64,000 nt of DNA. It comes from Desulfurococcales archaeon (GTDB taxonomy: Archaea; Thermoproteota; Thermoprotei_A; Sulfolobales; NBVN01). A program made the translations under genes and the position numbers. Below, piece after piece: positions 8,781 through 16,530 of the stretch; position 1 is the stretch's first letter, and every line of letters starts with the position of its first letter. Below the pieces are notes generated by a model. It was not told where the DNA came from and did no database searches. It saw nothing but the letters and a program-made list of their open reading frames with translations. The stretch covers positions 14,384-78,383 of the forward strand of contig JAGDWD010000005.1 of NCBI GenBank assembly GCA_023255955.1, written 5' to 3'.

Positions 8781-9043
8781 GCAGTGACGGACTTCTCAGT
8801 GCTTACTGCTAGAACTGTTTGTCCCTAGAGGGTCATTTCCATTACTTCAGGGTTTTCGGGATTGCCTCCAGAGACTTCTACTCACCCACATAGCTCTTTG
8901 GTATCTATGTGAGGTCATGGGTGGCTGTCGAGCCCAACGGCACGGGGCTCCCATCTACGTCTAACCCCAGGAGGCTCGGAGCGTAGCTCCCATCACCCCC
9001 TAGAGCTTACCCCCTCCAATAATAAAATTCTCTACACAACCCT

Positions 9044-9084
9044 AAAAACTTTTCAGCCCCATCCTTTAACTTACTGAGGATGGG
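9044..9084 (-). terminator. hairpin plus T5 tract downstream of uppS
   Basis: An 8-bp stem CCCATCCT (9058-9065) / AGGATGGG (9077-9084) is followed on the minus strand by GCTGAAAAGTTTTTAGG (T5 = 9044-9048). It lies ~55 nt after the uppS stop. Confidence 0.45.
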
Positions 9085-9138
9085 ATGCTCGGTCTTCATG
9101 GCTGACGGTTAGGCTATCCTTGTGTAGTGGGTGCTTGA

Positions 9139-9957
9139 TTAGGCTCCGAACCTCCTTTCCCTCTTCTGGTAGTTCCTCACAGCTCTCAGTAGGTCTATCA
9201 CCCTGAACTCAGGCCAGTAAATCTCGCAGAAGTATAGTTCGCTATACGCTATCTGCCACAGGAGGAAGTTACTGATCCTCACCTCCCCAGATGTTCTTAT
9301 AACTAGGTCGGGCTCATCATACTCACCTAGGTGGGACGTATATAGGTACGACCTGAAAGTTTTCTCATCTATTTCATCCACAGAGATCTTCCCTGAGGTT
9401 ACGTCAGAGGCTATCTTCCTGATAGCCTCAATAATCTCATCCCGCCCACCGTAGCATAGCGCTATGTTCAATGTGTGCTCGCAGTACTTTTCGCTTCTGG
9501 CCTCCACCTCCCTTATCTTATGTAGTAGCGAGCTGGGTACCATGTCTAGCCTACCGAAGACCTTGACCCTCACTCTTCTTCTATCAATCTCACCACTGGC
9601 CTCCATCTCATCTATAGCTCTCTGTACTAGATTGAAAAGATGTTCCCTCTCCTCAGCACTTCTCTTAACGCAGTTCTCTGAGGACATAGCGTAGACTGTG
9701 ACTACCTTAACCCCCAGCTTCCACAGGACGTCGAGCACCTCCTTAATCTTCCTATATCCGAACTCATGACCCTGGAGAGGGTCCATCTTCTGCTCTCGAG
9801 CCCACCTCCTGTTACCGTCAGGTATTATCGCTACGTGTTTAGGTATAGGACCGCGCCTAACCTGCTCCCAGAGAACGTTTTCGTAAAGCTTGTAAACAGG
9901 TCTTAGAAGGACACTTACACGGCTCTGAAGTAGCTTACTAGCAACCCTAGACAGCAT
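9139..9957 (-). CDS. uppS: undecaprenyl/ditrans,polycis-polyprenyl diphosphate synthase (cis-prenyltransferase)
   Basis: HVAIIPDGNRRWAR, ALCYGGRDEI, DLVIRTSGEVRISNFLLWQIAYSELYF. Confidence 0.92.
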   Translation of the reverse strand: MLSRVASKLLQSRVSVLLRPVYKLYENVLWEQVRRGPIPKHVAIIPDGNRRWAREQKMDPLQGHEFGYRKIKEVLDVLWKLGVKVVTVYAMSSENCVKRSAEEREHLFNLVQRAIDEMEASGEIDRRRVRVKVFGRLDMVPSSLLHKIREVEARSEKYCEHTLNIALCYGGRDEIIEAIRKIASDVTSGKISVDEIDEKTFRSYLYTSHLGEYDEPDLVIRTSGEVRISNFLLWQIAYSELYFCEIYWPEFRVIDLLRAVRNYQKRERRFGA

Positions 9958-10128
9958 CTCCTCTGCCGAGAGGTTGGTTATATAGTAGCTAATAAGGACA
10001 TATTACCGGTATGGGTTCGGGCCTTATACAACTTATGTAGTTTTAACGTTGTAATCTAATAAAACCTCCTAGCCTTACCGTAAAGCGGGACGACCTTTAG
10101 GGGTTAGAGCTCCAAGTACTTCAAGGTG

Positions 10129-10986
10129 TTAGAGCATTACCTCGATGAGCACTCCATCTATTATGTCTTTATATCTATTACGTACAGTGACTTCGGAAAC
10201 CTCCGTCTCTTTAGAGATAGCTGACTGAGTTTTCCTTATGTTTGAGAGTATGGATGCTACGTAGAGTGATGCTACCGCCACTCCCTGAGGTCCCTTACTT
10301 AAGAGTGTGCCGGAGGCCTTACCAGCTTCAACTATCCTTATAGCTAGGGTAGCGACATGGCTGGGTAGTCCGGCTTTATGGGCGTATGATACTACGAGAG
10401 TTCTCGGGTCGTACGACCTGGACTTAGCTATTCCCAGATCTCTCCTGATCTTCATTAGTGCATCCCACACATCTCTAAGTGTTGTTCCGCAACTCTCTAC
10501 AACGTCTCTGGTGTTTATCGGTATGTTGAGGTTCTCAGCAGCACATATGATGGCTGCAGCAACGTAGGCACTAATCTTCTTACGCCCTATGACCCCGCTC
10601 TTGATGAGCTTTCTGAGTATCAGGCCCACCTCCTCCTTAAGCCTAGCAGCAGTAGGAGTTGGGAGCTTGTTTATTGCTTCATTAGATAGTTTGAGGGCTC
10701 GGGACAGCTTCTTCTCGTCATTTGAGACCACCCTACTCCTACTGTTCAACTCGGAGAGTTTCCTCCCTATCCACGAGGCTCCATCTATCTCAGTGTGGAA
10801 ACCCATGTCATGTACCTTGAGGGTATTAGGTGTCTCAGCACGCTCCCTATTGGATGTGGTGGAGAACGACCGCCACTCCTTACCGGTATCGACCAACCTC
10901 TCCTCAAGAACCTCACCAGTCTCAGCGCAGATAAATTCCCCTCTAAACTCGTCGTAGATTACTTCACGGCAGCTCACACGCATCAC
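10129..10986 (-). CDS. tfb: transcription initiation factor IIB (TFB) with a degenerate N-terminal Zn ribbon
   Basis: VIYDEFRGEFICAETGEVLEERLVDTGKEWRSF is followed by two cyclin-fold repeats. Only 2 of the 4 usual ribbon Cys are present. The start overlaps gar1 by 4 nt. Confidence 0.85.
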   Translation of the reverse strand: MMRVSCREVIYDEFRGEFICAETGEVLEERLVDTGKEWRSFSTTSNRERAETPNTLKVHDMGFHTEIDGASWIGRKLSELNSRSRVVSNDEKKLSRALKLSNEAINKLPTPTAARLKEEVGLILRKLIKSGVIGRKKISAYVAAAIICAAENLNIPINTRDVVESCGTTLRDVWDALMKIRRDLGIAKSRSYDPRTLVVSYAHKAGLPSHVATLAIRIVEAGKASGTLLSKGPQGVAVASLYVASILSNIRKTQSAISKETEVSEVTVRNRYKDIIDGVLIEVML

Positions 10987-11210
10987 CTTGTGAAGAGCTC
11001 TTCGTACTTACTCAGGGAAAGTTCGGGCAGTGATGGTTTTACAACCCCGTAAGGGGATCTAACAGGACCGATCACGTCAATGAGGATCCCTATAACATCC
11101 CCCCTAGAATTCAGGACTTTTGAGCCTAACCTAGGTGGCTTCGGTGAGTTCAACTTTACTATTAGCCTACCCGAAGGAGTTATATGAAGGAAGTATCCTA
11201 AGCGCCTCAA
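10983..11210 (-). CDS. gar1: H/ACA ribonucleoprotein complex subunit Gar1
   Basis: 75 aa; (M)RRLGYFLHITPSGRLIVKL...VIGILIDVIGPVRSPYGVVKP matches archaeal Gar1. TTG start at 11210. The gar1-tfb pairing is common in archaea. Confidence 0.8.
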   Translation of the reverse strand: MRRLGYFLHITPSGRLIVKLNSPKPPRLGSKVLNSRGDVIGILIDVIGPVRSPYGVVKPSLPELSLSKYEELFTR

Positions 11211-11285
11211 GGATTCACCGTATTTATAATTATGCTAGTAACAATTAAACTAACCTTGGTTCTTAACATCCTACCTATCAGGGGA

Positions 11286-11338
11286 GGTAATACCCGCCCC
11301 AGGGGTAATACCATGTACGATCTCATTAAGGTATTACG
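11286..11338. repeat. three copies of the near-palindromic motif GGTA(A/T)TAC(C/G)
   Basis: GGTAATACC at 11286-11294 and 11304-11312; inverted GGTATTACG at 11330-11338. GGAGG 11283-11287 can pair with CCTCC 11341-11345, and T5 follows at 11349-11353. Confidence 0.5.
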
Positions 11339-11504
11339 TCCCTCCAGGTTTTTACTCTGAGCGATGCGGGGAGTAATTATAGGACCAACAAACAATATCA
11401 TGTTGGGGTATCTAAATCACATTTACTCCAGTGAAGGAAACGACGAATATGTAGCGAGGAGTTTAACTAAACAGTAAAGATCATTCAGCTAATTTAATGT
11501 CAAT

Positions 11505-12314
11505 TCAATGTCTTAGTAATCTTCTTATCTTACTGAAGAACAAGATTGCTAAGATAGCCGCCGCTACTGTAACTGCTATAGCTACTAACGTAGCTGTTGG
11601 GAATGGTAATCCGGTACTTCCTGGAGATTGTTGAGGTTTAATGCTGGTGAGATTGAGGAAGTTAAGTCTGGAGAGCTCTACCAATATTGTTGCGGTAGCA
11701 TACATTCCTGGGGTACCTCCCTCTATCTCAGCATTTAGACTGACGAGGAGTCCTGTGGGGCAGTCATATATTAGCTCAGCTCTCGGGGTTACCATCCTAT
11801 ACTTTACTGATTTCTCTACTACCGTGTTACCTATCTTTATCTCCTGACATACCTCCCCAGAGGTGTTCTCTACCAGCTTATACCACCTAGTTACTGAGTT
11901 TAGAAATGATACGACGGCCTCCTTCCTCAGGGCAACATCTAGTGTTACTCCCTCTACTGGGGGGATGTAGAGCATGTCTATGAAGTACTTGCTGAGGTTT
12001 GCTAGGTAGATAGGGGCGAATACATGGAGGAAGACCAGGTCGCTGGAAGTGAATGTGTAGGTGACGTTACCTGCTAACGTACTGACTAGGTAGTGTGTCC
12101 TGTTAAGCTTCTCGATTATTATGTGGAGGCTGTATGTACTGATAGCAGTACCACTACCTTGAGTTCCCTTAAGCTCCACCTTGTACGTGATGTCATAGAC
12201 TGCGTATAGAGTGTCACCTCGGAATCTATCGAGTACGTCCCAAGCAGTCGTAGTAGTAGGGGATATAGCTATCAGAAGGACCAGGACCAGTAGAGTGAGT
12301 GCTAGGTACCTCAA
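11505..12314 (-). CDS. secreted/membrane-anchored hypothetical protein (N-terminal signal, C-terminal TM anchor)
   Basis: N-terminus MRYLALTLLVLVLLIAISP; C-terminus LVAIAVTVAAAILAILFFSKIRRLLRH. No family recognised. Confidence 0.6.
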   Translation of the reverse strand: MRYLALTLLVLVLLIAISPTTTTAWDVLDRFRGDTLYAVYDITYKVELKGTQGSGTAISTYSLHIIIEKLNRTHYLVSTLAGNVTYTFTSSDLVFLHVFAPIYLANLSKYFIDMLYIPPVEGVTLDVALRKEAVVSFLNSVTRWYKLVENTSGEVCQEIKIGNTVVEKSVKYRMVTPRAELIYDCPTGLLVSLNAEIEGGTPGMYATATILVELSRLNFLNLTSIKPQQSPGSTGLPFPTATLVAIAVTVAAAILAILFFSKIRRLLRH

Positions 12315-12354
12315 CTTATTTACCTAGTCTAACAGATCCAGTGGGGTAAATAAG

Positions 12355-12410
12355 TAGGTGATGAAGCACGAGCGGGATGAGACGTGATTACAAGCAAACC
12401 GGCTGAGTTC
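12355..12410 (+). ncRNA. C/D-box sRNA-like element overlapping the start codon of the downstream CDS
   Basis: C box GTGATGA 12358-12364, 12 nt, ATGA, GACG, TGATTA 12385-12390, 12 nt, D box CTGA 12403-12406. The internal boxes are degenerate. Confidence 0.4.
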
Positions 12411-13424
12411 TACGACCACGATCATATCGAGGACCTAGATGGGAGGATATACATAGTTATAGGGAATACCCACCCGCCAGGTAAGGTAATCGCGTACCTC
12501 AAGTACGTACCTACCAGCTCTAAGACCTTCTGGTGCCGCGGTAGCGTGTGCTTTGAGAGGGTCATCAAGAAGTATGGAGTGGACAACGTCCTGAGCTCGG
12601 TCAGGGGCCGCCAGCAGGAGATGTACGACCCGACCTTGGGGGTCTCCGTGCCGGTAATCGGTATCGAGGAGATCTCAGAGGTTTACAGACCGCGCGAGAG
12701 GTTTAGTGAGATTCTTAGAAGGCCGAGAGACGATGCCGAGCTTGACGTAGTGATAGCGTACGAGAGGTTGAGGGAGTACTCAACTATACCCCCAAGTAGC
12801 GTAGGTGTTGACGGATCTATAGCTGTGGGGATACACAACCCTGCGATATCCGACGTGGATCTCGTAGTGTATGGCTGTAGGGAGGCTATAGAAGTAGCTG
12901 AGACAGCCTGCTCAGCATTCGATAGGGTCCCCACGAACATAGAGCTGGGTAGGCTCGCTAATATGGCTGAGATCTATGGACTCCCCGTCGAGGTTATTCA
13001 GAGGATTTCAGCACCTTATAAAAGACTCTACTTAGGGTCTAGGAAGCGTGAGGTGAACATAATGTTTACCTCCGACAAACCAGGTAGGTATGGGGAGGTA
13101 GTACTTAACCCGGTGGGGGTGGTGGAGGCGGAGGTATTAGTGTGGCCTGGTAGCTGTGAGAGCCTATACTACCCCGGAGTTGCTGAGGTAGATAGAGTGG
13201 TGGATCTCAGGGTTCTCCGGACTTTCCAGGAGTTCCCAACGAACTTAAGCTCTCCGAAGGTCTCTAAGATCGTTACCTACGAGTCCCTCTACTCATATCC
13301 TCTCTATAGAGGTGGGGAGATGAGGGTTAGGGGAGTATTAACTCTGGAGAAGCCGAGCAACGAGTTTGTTATAGTTGTGGGGACTAGAGAAACTCACAGC
13401 TATGCTATACCAAAAACTAGCTAG
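12384..13424 (+). CDS. predicted nucleotidyltransferase (Pol-beta superfamily, archaeal COG1665-like)
   Basis: GVDGSIAVGIHNPAISDVDLVVYG fits the hG[GS]x9-13Dh[DE]h nucleotidyltransferase motif. GTG start; an in-frame stop lies 2 codons upstream. Confidence 0.6.
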   Translation: MITSKPAEFYDHDHIEDLDGRIYIVIGNTHPPGKVIAYLKYVPTSSKTFWCRGSVCFERVIKKYGVDNVLSSVRGRQQEMYDPTLGVSVPVIGIEEISEVYRPRERFSEILRRPRDDAELDVVIAYERLREYSTIPPSSVGVDGSIAVGIHNPAISDVDLVVYGCREAIEVAETACSAFDRVPTNIELGRLANMAEIYGLPVEVIQRISAPYKRLYLGSRKREVNIMFTSDKPGRYGEVVLNPVGVVEAEVLVWPGSCESLYYPGVAEVDRVVDLRVLRTFQEFPTNLSSPKVSKIVTYESLYSYPLYRGGEMRVRGVLTLEKPSNEFVIVVGTRETHSYAIPKTS

Positions 13425-16030
13425 GGTCCGGGTTTGAAGTCCCTATATAGAGCTACTGCCGCCACTACTAGCGAGACTAGGGATACTACCAGTAATATGA
13501 GCGTCATGGTCTTGTAATAGTTCACGGTGGAGGAGATCTCTCTGAGACTCCCTCCGAGCTCTTCTAAGGATTTACCTACCTTAACCACTTCAACTTTTAC
13601 GGTATCCAGCTCCCCTATCCTCTGTTTCAGGAGCCCTACGTTTAGCTCCAGGGCTGTTAACTTAGTAGTGGTGTTTGAGACTAGAGCTTCAAGTCTAGCA
13701 TACGTGTTCTTCAGGGACTTTATATCTACGGAATGTAAGTTAACTAATTCATTCAATGATTTCAGGACCTCAGAGAGGTGCGCGGTCTTTTCTTGCTCTA
13801 CCTTGAGAGCTTCCTGAACCTCATCTAATCTCCCTACTAGCAACTTAAGCGAGTTAAACAAAGACCTCAGCGGATCCTCTGGTACTACGTTAAGCGGGCT
13901 TAAGGTGGTTAAACACTTACTGAGATTACATGCTGAGATCTCCAGGAAAACTACTCCATGGTCCGGATATTTAGTGATGTTTATCTTCACGACCGCGAAG
14001 TTCTTTACTAACATAACGTCCACGATAGCTATGACAGCATCTTTAGGATAGACCTGTCTTATAGTTACATTAACTAGCTCCAGATCGCTCAGCACCTGCA
14101 ACGTATCTGGTTCACCAACTGCGTAGTATGCTCTCGTATTGACGTAAAGCTCTCGCTTTTCAGGAGCAACAACCTCAAGCTTAGCTACTGGAGGACTTAC
14201 AGTTACCGCTACTGTTATCGATGCTCCGACCACGTTAAGATCTGTTGCTGTGAGAGTCAAAGTTCTTGAGGTGTTCGTGTAGGGAGCTAAGAACTTAGTT
14301 TGAAAGGTCCCCCTCAAGTTAGCACTACCTGAGATCAGGATATTACCTGCTAGGTTTACAACTACCCTACTCCCAATGCCGAGCCCGGTAAATAGTAAGT
14401 CATATATGTTACCGGAAACTAAGTTACTCTCAACTACTAAGCTAGGCTTGACAGACAGCAGTGTCTCACCGTAGAAAGCACCGTCACTAGATACAGCAAT
14501 AACGGTGTTTCCACCAATATGTGTTAGTGGTACCTTAGCCGTCACCCCTCCTGCTTGATATGTCCCGGAGTAGACCCTCACACCGGAGATATACACATCC
14601 ACGTAGGTACCGGGACTCACACCTAGAACGACCTTAACGTTCCTACCGGGCTCTACACTCTCCGGGAACACACTGACTGAGACCTCCCTGACCACCCTCT
14701 TCTGTGCTTCAGCTACGGCAAGGTAAGCCCTCAACCTCCCGTAGCCAGCACCCGGGTGATCTATTCTAGTAGCTGTCGATGTTAGAACATCGTATACAGC
14801 CTCCACAAGTCCCGCCCCTGAAAGACCTCGACCCCGCAGTTCGCTAGCTACTAGTGCTGCTACCCCAGCTACTATGGGGGTGGAAGCACTGGTACCACTA
14901 CCAATAGCTAGTAGGTTACCTGGGAATGCCCCGACGACGCTGACGCCGGGAGCTACGATATCGGGTTTACTGTAGGTTCTCGGATAGCGCCCTTTGAATG
15001 GCCAGTTCTCCGGTGGTGATGGCCACTCAACCAGCTCGTAGCTACTGAAGTAGGCTACGTCATCTTCGAAGTCCGTTGCTCCGACCCCTATAACCCCCCA
15101 TATATTGCCTGGGTTTGAGCTCGTGTACGGACCTCCGTTCCCGATAGCCGCTACAGGGACTATCCCCGCCTCTACAAGCCTCTTAATGACTGGTAGGAAG
15201 ACGTTGCTGTAGTTTCCTAGAGCTCCGAGGCTCATTGAGACTACTAGAGGTCTCGGTGCGTTGACCGGCCTCCCCTGACAGTCGTGGGGCTCTAGAACCC
15301 ACTCCAGCCCAGCTAGTACCTGAGCAAATGTCCCGGAACCTCCGGGAAGTACGCCTGCTACCCTGAGCTGGGCTTCAGGTAGTATACCGAAGATGTAGGT
15401 TGAGCCATCACCGCCTGCTATGATACTGCTTACCCAGGTTCCGTGCCCATGAAGGTCCCGGGGCTTCAGGCATACAGGCCTACCCCACTTATCGAACTCT
15501 ATCCACCCGCCTGGGTAGTAAGGATCCTTCGGATCGGTAGTTACGAGTTTCCCAGCTAGTAAGGGGTGCTCTGGATCTATCCCGGTATCGAGGACAGCAA
15601 CAACTATGTCCCTACCTGTCAGCTTAGTGTAGGTCCAGACCATGTCTGCCCCGACCCTACTCACAGCCCAGGACCACATCGTTGTGTAACTCCCTTCATA
15701 GTTACCGTGGCTATCTAATCCACCGTAGACACGTAACTCCGTGGCCGCAGGCCTTACTTCGAAGTTGGGAACTATGTAGCTGAGTCTATAGCTCTCAACA
15801 GACTTGGGACACACAGCGAGAGCTAGATCGAACTGCTCGAATACTCTGATGACATTACAGCCGTATCTAGAGATCTCCTCAACAGTGTGGGGGCTGACAC
15901 TAAGATCTACTATGTACTCACCAGCCTCAGGACCGGCTACCGCTACTAGAGGCCAGGCAGTAGCGAGGACTACTATAACGAGCAGGGACAGAGTGGTTCT
16001 TAGTTTTATGTTATCACCCAAATATCTCAT
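13421..16030 (-). CDS. subtilisin-like serine protease (peptidase S8) with a C-terminal coiled-coil stalk and TM anchor
   Basis: Signal/TM at the N-terminus. Catalytic contexts are VAVLDTGID (Asp), HGHGTWVSS (His) and GSGTSASTPIVAG (Ser). The C-terminal ~130 aa are heptad-like, followed by LILLVVSLVSLVVAAVALY. Confidence 0.9.
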   Translation of the reverse strand: MRYLGDNIKLRTTLSLLVIVVLATAWPLVAVAGPEAGEYIVDLSVSPHTVEEISRYGCNVIRVFEQFDLALAVCPKSVESYRLSYIVPNFEVRPAATELRVYGGLDSHGNYEGSYTTMWSWAVSRVGADMVWTYTKLTGRDIVVAVLDTGIDPEHPLLAGKLVTTDPKDPYYPGGWIEFDKWGRPVCLKPRDLHGHGTWVSSIIAGGDGSTYIFGILPEAQLRVAGVLPGGSGTFAQVLAGLEWVLEPHDCQGRPVNAPRPLVVSMSLGALGNYSNVFLPVIKRLVEAGIVPVAAIGNGGPYTSSNPGNIWGVIGVGATDFEDDVAYFSSYELVEWPSPPENWPFKGRYPRTYSKPDIVAPGVSVVGAFPGNLLAIGSGTSASTPIVAGVAALVASELRGRGLSGAGLVEAVYDVLTSTATRIDHPGAGYGRLRAYLAVAEAQKRVVREVSVSVFPESVEPGRNVKVVLGVSPGTYVDVYISGVRVYSGTYQAGGVTAKVPLTHIGGNTVIAVSSDGAFYGETLLSVKPSLVVESNLVSGNIYDLLFTGLGIGSRVVVNLAGNILISGSANLRGTFQTKFLAPYTNTSRTLTLTATDLNVVGASITVAVTVSPPVAKLEVVAPEKRELYVNTRAYYAVGEPDTLQVLSDLELVNVTIRQVYPKDAVIAIVDVMLVKNFAVVKINITKYPDHGVVFLEISACNLSKCLTTLSPLNVVPEDPLRSLFNSLKLLVGRLDEVQEALKVEQEKTAHLSEVLKSLNELVNLHSVDIKSLKNTYARLEALVSNTTTKLTALELNVGLLKQRIGELDTVKVEVVKVGKSLEELGGSLREISSTVNYYKTMTLILLVVSLVSLVVAAVALYRDFKPGP

Positions 16031-16284
16031 ACTGAGACCTAATATTATGTGTACCGTAGTAATAATGTGGGCCTTTCGATATAGGGTTACTTCTTACTTC
16101 AGCACCGTACTTAAAGATTTTTAGATATTAAGTTTCACAACATAGGTTTTAGGAGTACATGGGGCAGGCATGTAGGAGTTGAAACCACCCCACAGGTTTT
16201 ACTTTAGGCTTTTTATGTTAAGACTTTAATATATCTAGACTAAGGTTTATAAGCCTCAGCCTAGTTAAGGTATGGGTAAGTACC

Positions 16285-16527
16285 ATGGGCGATGACGAGT
16301 ACTACGAGCTTTACGGAGAATACGTATCCCTCAAAGAGCTCGGTATAGCTACGTTGATATCCTCCGTAATAGCGATGATCTTCTTCTCTCTAGCTCCTTC
16401 AATAGCTAACTTAATAGGTACGCAGGCTACGGGTCTATCCATAACTCTAGGTGCTGTAGGAGCAGCAATAGGGTTCGCTATCTCGACATTGATAATTAAG
16501 GTTAAGAGAGTCGTGTCCGAGGTGTAG
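16285..16527 (+). CDS. small two-TM membrane protein (possible TctB-like partner)
   Basis: 80 aa with two hydrophobic helices. It ends 3 nt before the start of the TctA-like gene. Confidence 0.5.
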   Translation: MGDDEYYELYGEYVSLKELGIATLISSVIAMIFFSLAPSIANLIGTQATGLSITLGAVGAAIGFAISTLIIKVKRVVSEV

Positions 16528-16530
16528 GAG

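Noticed and set aside
8729-9000. RNase P RNA, SRP (7S) RNA or 5S rRNA in the 460-bp spacer
   Set aside because: I looked for GAGGAAAGUCC (RNase P CR-I) with a matching ACAGAA...GGCUUA partner, for the SRP helix-8 GGAA tetraloop with the AGCA motif, and for the 5S GAAGUUAAGC motif. Only a GAGAAGUCCG fragment is present, in the wrong position. Identity is left open rather than named.
11207-11401. Listed minus-strand ORF of 64 aa upstream of gar1
   Set aside because: The composition is not protein-like (MILFVGPIITPRIAQSKN...). It spans the repeat/hairpin region and the likely gar1 promoter, and no family was recognised. It is treated as non-coding.
11426-11443. Origin-recognition-box-like sequence CTCCAGTGAAGGAAACGA
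   Set aside because: It resembles the archaeal ORB core TCCAGTGGAAAC but carries a 3-nt insertion. It occurs only once, has no flanking inverted partner or G-string, and no orc1/cdc6 gene is nearby.
16178-16185. GTTGAAAC, reminiscent of CRISPR repeat termini
   Set aside because: It is a single occurrence with no direct repeats or spacer periodicity anywhere in the window, and no cas genes are present.
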